Source of the DNA: Thermodesulfobacteriota bacterium
GTDB taxonomy: Bacteria; Desulfobacterota; Binatia; Bin18
Length of the DNA stretch: 64,000 nt
Assembly (NCBI GenBank): GCA_964291405.2
Contig: OZ219926.1
Coordinates: 4,576,001-4,640,000, forward strand
Reading direction: 5' to 3'
This document shows positions 57,840 through 64,000 of this stretch, piece by piece. Made by a program: the position numbers and the translations under genes. The notes under the pieces were generated by a model. The model was not told the DNA's origin and made no database searches. It saw only the letters and a program-made list of their open reading frames with translations. Within the stretch, counting starts at the first letter, position 1, and each line of letters opens with the position of its first letter.

Positions 57840-58823
57840 TCAGGAAGCAGCCTGCGCTTCGGTTGGATAATAGACATAGGTCCGCTCGAGGGCCTCGTGA
57901 AAATTCCGACATAATATAACGAGATCGGCAAGGTCATACCAGCCTCCTCCACCATCCGTCAGATTAATCATGTGGTGGGAGAGGGCCGAATCCAGACGCC
58001 CGACGATTTCATAGGGCTCCGCCGGTAGGCGTCCACGGACCGGTGGGTCAATCGCCTCCAGGCTCGTCCGGAGCCGATTGACGGCGAAACGCAGTGAATA
58101 GGACAACTCGGCGTCGTACACCAGAAAGCTCAGCACCTTGTCTCTCCCGATCTGGGCACCGTGGAGTTGGCAGTAGGCTTCAAAGGCATTGCAGTCCCGA
58201 AGGAGGCCCGCCCAGTCACTATCCTCCTCGGCCGTGTCCCTGACGTTTGCACAATGCGACTCAAGGAGGGAGCCGACGAGTTGCGCCCGCTCGATGAAGC
58301 GGCCGACGCGCATAAAGTGCCAACCTGCGTCCCGGCGCATGGAACTCGCGCACACGCCGTCGAAGAGTTGTACCGTCTCGACAATGTCGCGGTACAGCAT
58401 AACGGGCTCCCTGGACCAGATGTCCACCAAGTTGGTGTCTCGTAAGCGCAGGTAGGCGCGGTTGAGGCTCGACCAAATCCCGTTGCTGATGGCGTCGCGT
58501 ACCTGGCGGGCGTTTTCCCGAGCCGCGGTCAGGCCGAAGATAATAGAGGCGGGATTGGTGGTATCGAAGGTCAGATAGTCGGTCAGGGTATAGCCGTCGG
58601 CGAAAAAGAAATCGTCCTCGTCCTCCGGGCCGCCGTAGATATCGGCGCCTGGAGGACGCGCATCAAGACTGCTGAAGAGCCGTCGCCAGCCATTGGCGAT
58701 CTCATGGACCGGGCTGGAGGGGAGGTGTTCGAGCTGTAACTCCAGGAGACGCGCGGTGTGTTCCACTCGTTCCAAGTAGCGGTTCATCCAGTAGAGAGAA
58801 TCTGCGACACGGGCGAGTATCAC
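57840..58823 (-). CDS. alpha-E domain protein (DUF403)
   Basis: LARVADSLYWMNRYLERVEHTARLL, ARENARQVR, GWHFMRVGRFIERA; both ER motifs present. Confidence 0.95.
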   Translation of the reverse strand: MILARVADSLYWMNRYLERVEHTARLLELQLEHLPSSPVHEIANGWRRLFSSLDARPPGADIYGGPEDEDDFFFADGYTLTDYLTFDTTNPASIIFGLTAARENARQVRDAISNGIWSSLNRAYLRLRDTNLVDIWSREPVMLYRDIVETVQLFDGVCASSMRRDAGWHFMRVGRFIERAQLVGSLLESHCANVRDTAEEDSDWAGLLRDCNAFEAYCQLHGAQIGRDKVLSFLVYDAELSYSLRFAVNRLRTSLEAIDPPVRGRLPAEPYEIVGRLDSALSHHMINLTDGGGGWYDLADLVILCRNFHEALERTYVYYPTEAQAAS

Positions 58824-60319
58824 GGCACATCCTCCTCAATGATCCAGGCGTCTTTGGAGCCGCCTCCTTGACTTGAATTCACCACCAGGCTGCCCTTGCG
58901 CAAAGCGACCCGGCACAGCCCGCCGGGCACGATCCGGGTCTCCTCCCCGTGTAGTACGAAGGGTCTGAGGTCAACGTGGCGCGCCTCAAGTCGTCCGTCG
59001 ATAAGGCACGGGGCACGCGATAAGTCTAGGACGGGCTGAGAGATATAATTCTCGGGCCGATCCCGGAGTGTGGCGGCAAATGCTTCCCGCTCTTCCTGGC
59101 TGGCGTGCGGTCCCACCAACATGCCGTACCCGCCAGACTCGCCCACCGCCTTGACCACCAGATTTTCAAGATGCTCAAGCGTGTAGGCCAGCCCCTCGGG
59201 TTCTCGGCAGAGAAAGGTTTCGACGTTGTCGAGAATCGGCTCCTGGTCGAGGTAATAGCGGATCATGCGGGGCACATACGAATACACTGCCTTATCGTCC
59301 GCAACGCCTGTGCCGGGTGCGTTGGCCAGCGCGAGGTTTCCGGCCCGATAGACCTCAAACAGACCCGGAACGCCTAGACGGGAATCCGGGCGGAAGGCTT
59401 TGGGGTCGATAAAGTCATCGTCGAGTCGCCGATAGAGAACGTCTACGGGACGCAACCCCTGGACCGTGCGCATATATAGCTGTGTCCCTCGCACGAGCAG
59501 GTCGTCGCCCGTGACGAGTTCAATGCCCATTTCTCGTGCCAGAAAGGCATGTTCGTAGTAGGCCGAGTTATACACACCGGGTGTCAGCAGGGCGATGCTC
59601 GGCTCTTCTCCCTTTCGAGGCGAGAGGGAGCGCAGGACACGCAGGAGTTCCTGGCCGTAGTGGTCGACCGCCCGGACGTGGTAGCGGCGAAAAACCCGCG
59701 GAAAGGAGCGCCGGATCGCCTCCCGGCAGGCGAGCATATACGACACCCCGGAAGGCACCCGGAGATTGTCCTCTAGCACCATGAAGCCGTCTGCGGTCCG
59801 TACGATGTCACTCCCGCACACCGACACATAGGCTCCGAGCGGCACCTGGACCCCCTCCATCTCGGGGCGGTAGTTCGGACAGCCCTGCACTAGGTCGCGC
59901 GGTATAGTACCGTCGCCAAGGATGTGCCCTTTGCCGTAGACATCGGCGAGAAAGAGGTTCAGCGCCTGGACACGCTGAATGAGTCCCCGCTCGATATGCT
60001 CCCACTCTCGGGCGAGCACGAGGCGGGGGACGCAATCGATGGGGATGACCCGCTCGATAGACTCCTCGTCCCCGTACACGGTGAAGGTGATACCCTCGTG
60101 GAGAAATGAGCGGGTCACGCGCTCCTGAAGTCGCGTAACCTCCTCCTGGGACATCCGCTCCATTTCGTTGATAAGGAACCGGTAGTGAGCACGGGGTTGC
60201 TCTTCGGACTCAAAGGTCTCGTCGAAAAACTGAGCGTCAAGCTCGTAGTGCCCAAAGAGCGAGGGTGCAGGGTCGCCGTCTCGACTGTGCCGCGCTTCAG
60301 GCAAGTCACGCGAAGTCAT
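58820..60319 (-). CDS. circularly permuted type 2 ATP-grasp protein (putative peptide/glutamate ligase)
   Basis: GITFTVY, GLIQRV.ALN.FL.DVY, VLEDNLRVPSGVSY, NSAYYEH, YRRLDDDFIDP, NAPGTGVADDK, VVNSSQGGGSKD. Confidence 0.96.
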   Translation of the reverse strand: MTSRDLPEARHSRDGDPAPSLFGHYELDAQFFDETFESEEQPRAHYRFLINEMERMSQEEVTRLQERVTRSFLHEGITFTVYGDEESIERVIPIDCVPRLVLAREWEHIERGLIQRVQALNLFLADVYGKGHILGDGTIPRDLVQGCPNYRPEMEGVQVPLGAYVSVCGSDIVRTADGFMVLEDNLRVPSGVSYMLACREAIRRSFPRVFRRYHVRAVDHYGQELLRVLRSLSPRKGEEPSIALLTPGVYNSAYYEHAFLAREMGIELVTGDDLLVRGTQLYMRTVQGLRPVDVLYRRLDDDFIDPKAFRPDSRLGVPGLFEVYRAGNLALANAPGTGVADDKAVYSYVPRMIRYYLDQEPILDNVETFLCREPEGLAYTLEHLENLVVKAVGESGGYGMLVGPHASQEEREAFAATLRDRPENYISQPVLDLSRAPCLIDGRLEARHVDLRPFVLHGEETRIVPGGLCRVALRKGSLVVNSSQGGGSKDAWIIEEDVP

Positions 60320-60398
60320 GGTGATAATGCCACCCTTTCCGCCATAGTTGGCCAGATAGTCGGGATTATCGTCAAGTTCGACCGAGCGATCAGGATAG

Positions 60399-60427
60399 AT
60401 ACTAACACCCGACCTCTCAGTCTACAA
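60399..60427 (-). promoter_or_regulatory. candidate sigma70 extended -10 promoter for the ATP-grasp operon
   Basis: TTGTAG-N17-TAGTAT with TGn before -10 and an A-tract upstream. Confidence 0.45.
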
Positions 60428-60489
60428 CTTTTTTTCTGATGACCCTGGCCGCTCTCCATCCGGGGGCAGGGAACAGCGTGTGACCGCTG

Positions 60490-61242
60490 CTAGCGAAACA
60501 GATCGGCGTCCGCCGGGCGTTTCAGGGATTCGCTCCCAACGTCGGCTGGTTTGAAGCGATAGCCGCGTATCAGAACGGCGGGCATGGCGGCACTCTTTTC
60601 CATCAGCAGGCCCGCGGCCGCAGCGAGTTCGTCAGCCACGGCAATGACGGTATGATGCAGTTCGCGGCCCTGAAGGTCTTCCTCGCCGCGCTGATCGTCG
60701 AGCGGGTCAAGGCCGGAAACGCCGAGCGCGAATTCGACCAGGCCGTCGCGCCACGGCCGGCCAAACGTGTCGGTAATAATGACGCCAATAGCGATGTGAC
60801 GCTGCCGCTCAATAGTCAGCCGCAGATGCCGAGCCGAAGCGTCCGGGTCTTTAGGCAGGAGAATGACGACATCGTCGGCAATGGTATTGGAGGCGTCAAC
60901 GCCGGAGTTGGCACACACCCAGCCGTGTTTACTCTCGGTGATGACCACGCCGTTTTTCATGCGGACAATCCGACTGCTCTCGGTCAGTACGACCTCGACT
61001 ATGCGCGGGTCTTTCTCCCACATGTCCGCAATTTGTATGGCAAACGGCGACGGGGTGACGGTCCGCAGGTCAACGACTGCGCCTTCGGCTTTGGAGACAA
61101 TCTTTTGGCAGAGGACCAAAATGTCTCCATCCTTGAGGCCGACTTTGGCGTCATCAATGGCTTTGAGCAGAATGGCGGGCAGGTCATCACCGGGCTTGAT
61201 CTGAGGAACACCAGGAATGGGGATAATGGCAATCGTACTCAT
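60490..61242 (-). CDS. cofE: coenzyme F420-0:gamma-glutamyl ligase (single domain)
   Basis: PGDDL, QKIVSKAEG, CANSGVDASN, LLPKDPDASA, TDTFGRPWRDG, AVADELA. Confidence 0.96.
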   Translation of the reverse strand: MSTIAIIPIPGVPQIKPGDDLPAILLKAIDDAKVGLKDGDILVLCQKIVSKAEGAVVDLRTVTPSPFAIQIADMWEKDPRIVEVVLTESSRIVRMKNGVVITESKHGWVCANSGVDASNTIADDVVILLPKDPDASARHLRLTIERQRHIAIGVIITDTFGRPWRDGLVEFALGVSGLDPLDDQRGEEDLQGRELHHTVIAVADELAAAAGLLMEKSAAMPAVLIRGYRFKPADVGSESLKRPADADLFR

Positions 61243-61270
61243 GAAAAATCCTCAAGGTCCTCCGCGTGAC

Positions 61271-62251
61271 TCATGATAGAGCTTTGGGGCGTTTCTGATG
61301 GGCAAATTCAATAACCGTTCGGGCTAGCGCAATCGACTTGTCCATATCGCTCATGACGGTATCGGTGACAATAACAGCCAGCCCCATTTTTTCCAGGCGT
61401 TCGCGCGGTGTTGGGTCGTGTTCCACATCCTGCTGGTCGAGGATAAAGGTGTCCACAAAATCTTGATATAGCTTGGCGACCCCAACCGACGAGACTTCGA
61501 TGTCTAGGCCTTCAAGCATCCGGTCGGCTGGCCCTTTAATGGGCTTGCCTGCGACCAGGGGACTGATTGCGACCACGGGAGTAGTGGTCTCTCGAAGGGC
61601 CTCGCGCACACCGGGTAAGGAAAGAATGGGACCAATACTGACAATGGGATTGCTCGGCGGGAGGATAACCAGATCGGCGCCGCGAATGGCCTCGACGACT
61701 CCGGGTGAGGCCTGGGCCGTTTCAACGCCGCTGAATTCCACCTTTGAGACCTGCCCCTCACTGCGCTGTTTCACGAAATATTCCTGAAAGGGCAGGGGGC
61801 CCGCCTCGGTATGCACAACGGTCCGAACGCGCTCATTGCTCATCGGCAGCACGGTGGCTTCAATGCCCCACTTGTGAGTAATGGCCGTAGTCACCTGGCT
61901 GAGGGTCTGCCCCTGGCGCAGCGCTTGGGTTCGAAACAGGTGGGTTGCAAGATCGGCATCACCCAGGCCAAACCAGGTATCGGCATAATAGCGCCCGAGC
62001 GCCTCAAGGCAGCGATGGGTTTCCTGGGGTAAGCCCCAGCCTTTTTCAGAGTCAACGGCATTGGCCAGAGTATAAGTGACCGTGTCCAGGTCAGGAGAAA
62101 CCGACAGGCCAAAGAATTCTTCGTCGTCGCCGGTATTGACGATCACACTCAGGTTTGTCTCCGGCACCACCCGCACGACCCCGCGCAGGAATCGCGCGGC
62201 GCCCACACCGCCGGCCAGGGCGGTGATGCGTAAGGAGGTCAGGCTAGACAC
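61271..62251 (-). CDS. cofD: 2-phospho-L-lactate/PEP transferase
   Basis: LAGGVGAARFL, VNTGDD, SPDLDTV, WFGLGDAD, FQEYFV, PSNPIVSIGPIL, GPAD. Confidence 0.97.
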   Translation of the reverse strand: MSSLTSLRITALAGGVGAARFLRGVVRVVPETNLSVIVNTGDDEEFFGLSVSPDLDTVTYTLANAVDSEKGWGLPQETHRCLEALGRYYADTWFGLGDADLATHLFRTQALRQGQTLSQVTTAITHKWGIEATVLPMSNERVRTVVHTEAGPLPFQEYFVKQRSEGQVSKVEFSGVETAQASPGVVEAIRGADLVILPPSNPIVSIGPILSLPGVREALRETTTPVVAISPLVAGKPIKGPADRMLEGLDIEVSSVGVAKLYQDFVDTFILDQQDVEHDPTPRERLEKMGLAVIVTDTVMSDMDKSIALARTVIEFAHQKRPKALS

Positions 62252-62286
62252 GGTCGAACGGGCGGAGTTGTCCCTCCGCTGTCAGA

Positions 62287-63573
62287 TTAGTGAGCGGTTT
62301 CTTGTTTGTCCCGCTCGAATGGGTGAACGTAACGGAACTGGTCCGAGGCAGCGAGCTTCCGATAGGAGCCGAATTGCTCGTCGGCATTCTCAACCATATC
62401 CAAAGGACTGACTTTGTCGTCCGTTCCGTTAAAAACTGTCCGCAGCTTATAGGTAGTTGAACGCTCGGCCGGGGTGCGTCCCACGTCGCGGATCAGACGC
62501 CGCAACTCTTTGGGCGGAACCAACTGGCCGTACTGCGCACCGGCTGAGGTCGAAATGCTCTCGTTGATGAGCGTTCCTCCAAGATCGTTCGCGCCCACCG
62601 TCAGCAAGTGTTGTGACAGCTTGGGACCCTCTTTGACCCAGGAGGACTGAATATTACGGAAGGTGGGACCCAGCATCAGCCGGGCAACCGCGTGCATCTT
62701 AATGACCTCTACACCGGTTGCGCCCTGGCGGACGCCTTTGACGAGTTTGCGCTGATACATGGGCGCTTCCTGGTGGATGAGTGACAGCGGTACAAACTCG
62801 GTAAACCCGCCGGTCTCCTTTTGAATGTCGCGCAGCAAGTTCATATGTTTGACCCAATGTTCTTGTGTCTCGATATGGCCATACATAATGGTTGAGGTGG
62901 TCGGGATACCGAGGCTGTGGGCCGAGGTAATGACCTCGATCCACTGTTTGGTCGAAATACGCCCAGGGGCGATGATATCGCGGATGTCCTGGTCCAGAAT
63001 TTCCGCTGAGGTGCCGGGCAGGGTATCTAAACCCGCGTTTTTGAGCTCTCGCACATACTCGAGAATGGAGACCCCCGAGCGGAGCGAGCCGTACAAGACT
63101 TCTTCGGGCGAAAACGCGTGGATGTGGAGGTCCGGGAAGGCCTTTTTCACGGCTCGGGTCAGATCGATATAGAGGCTGCCGTTCATCTTGGGTGGCAGGC
63201 CGGCCTGCATGCAGACTTCGGTTGCGCCCATGTCAACTGCTTCTTGGGCTCGCCGAACGATCTCCTCTTCGGGAAGGAAATAGCCTTCTTCCTCGCGGTA
63301 CTCCCGGCTGAACGCGCAGAACGTGCAGTGTTTAATGCACACATTGGTGAAGTTGATATTCCGGTTGACGACATAGGTCACCACCTCACCGACCTGGCGG
63401 CGACGCATTTCGTCGGCGACCAGACAGACGGCGTGAAAATCGATGCCATTGGTCTGGCAGAGCTGGAGGCCGTCTTTCCAGGAGAGTTCTTCCTCTTCCA
63501 AGGCGCGATGAAGAATCGTGCGAATCTGCGGATCAATGTGATTGAGAATGCCGGCAATGTAATCGGTTGCCAC
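62287..63573 (-). CDS. cofH: FO synthase subunit CofH (radical SAM)
   Basis: VTYVVNRNINFTNVCIKHCTFCAF, HAFSPEE, PGTSAEILD, NIQSSWVK, NDLGGTLINESIS. Confidence 0.96.
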   Translation of the reverse strand: MATDYIAGILNHIDPQIRTILHRALEEEELSWKDGLQLCQTNGIDFHAVCLVADEMRRRQVGEVVTYVVNRNINFTNVCIKHCTFCAFSREYREEEGYFLPEEEIVRRAQEAVDMGATEVCMQAGLPPKMNGSLYIDLTRAVKKAFPDLHIHAFSPEEVLYGSLRSGVSILEYVRELKNAGLDTLPGTSAEILDQDIRDIIAPGRISTKQWIEVITSAHSLGIPTTSTIMYGHIETQEHWVKHMNLLRDIQKETGGFTEFVPLSLIHQEAPMYQRKLVKGVRQGATGVEVIKMHAVARLMLGPTFRNIQSSWVKEGPKLSQHLLTVGANDLGGTLINESISTSAGAQYGQLVPPKELRRLIRDVGRTPAERSTTYKLRTVFNGTDDKVSPLDMVENADEQFGSYRKLAASDQFRYVHPFERDKQETAH

Positions 63574-63624
63574 GGCTAGGTCTCCTTACGCTCAAAAATT
63601 GTTGTTTGTCCTCAGGTACGAAAA

Positions 63625-64000
63625 TCAGGCCGTCACTTCGGCCTGCAGCTCGCGTGTACGCGGCTGTAAGGCCGGCAAGAGGAAGCCTGGACGGTCTATA
63701 TACTCTTCGTAAATGGCCAGCCGCTCCCGCAAGGTAAAGCCGGCGTCCGCGCATGTTTTCGCGAGCAATTTAAGATGCGGCCAAGCTGCCTCTGGATTGA
63801 CGTAATCTATCGAAACCGGTGAGATCCCGCCCCAGTCGTTAATCCCTGAACGCAGCAGCAGCCGGTGGTCGTGCGGACTGAGATTGGGCGGCGCCTGCAC
63901 ATTCATTAGTCCTCCCAAGAGCAGTCGCGCAACGGCAACCGTTCGGGCCATTTCATAACTTTCCGGCTCTGGGGCATCGGCCATTCTGGTATTCGGCTTG
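63625..64000 (-). CDS. cofG: FO synthase subunit CofG, C-terminal part (runs off window end)
   Basis: AVARLL, NVQAPPNL, GINDWGGISP, DYVNPE.AWP, LRERLAIY. Confidence 0.94.
   Translation of the reverse strand, partial: KPNTRMADAPEPESYEMARTVAVARLLLGGLMNVQAPPNLSPHDHRLLLRSGINDWGGISPVSIDYVNPEAAWPHLKLLAKTCADAGFTLRERLAIYEEYIDRPGFLLPALQPRTRELQAEVTA

Overview
A GC-rich bacterial chromosome segment from a diderm aerobe (lpxD, mla, asmA, A1-type aa3 oxidase). The combination of F420 genes, a luciferase-like monooxygenase (LLM), PHA/wax-ester genes and a Planctomycete/Acidobacteria-style cox operon suggests an uncultured Deltaproteobacteria-like lineage such as Binatota (inference only). Contents in order: 3' end of katG, an orphan STAS gene, tRNA-Arg(CCG), two exported hypotheticals, a complete cytochrome c oxidase and assembly operon (with a 38-aa ORF missing from the ORF track), a divergent small membrane protein plus 4x[4Fe-4S] ferredoxin, hisG, lpxD, fused MFS/spermidine synthase, a truncated PAS sensor, a lipid-storage neighbourhood (phaC, WS/DGAT, asmA), vapBC, Zn-ADH, an orphan truncated Mod-like methyltransferase, GH65 plus beta-PGM/T6PP fusion, mlaEFDAC, DHH, acs, cysS, modABC, tRNA-Arg(UCG), a membrane glycosylation cluster (flippase-like, GT87-like, YdjY-like, GT2, C-terminal diglycine protein, TIGR04283-like GT), fbaB/fbp, LLM plus a nucleophile-less alpha/beta hydrolase, an 8-kb seven-gene operon, and cofE-cofD-cofH-cofG. 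The best candidate for an undescribed system is the 52.3-60.3 kb operon. There a circularly permuted ATP-grasp ligase and alpha-E pair is tightly coupled to an RsbW/RsbV/REC-PP2C partner switch, a solute-binding protein and a histidine kinase, in place of the usual transglutaminase/Anbu partners. No CRISPR array, rRNA, integrase or transposase is visible. All calls come from motif recognition by eye; no database searches were run.
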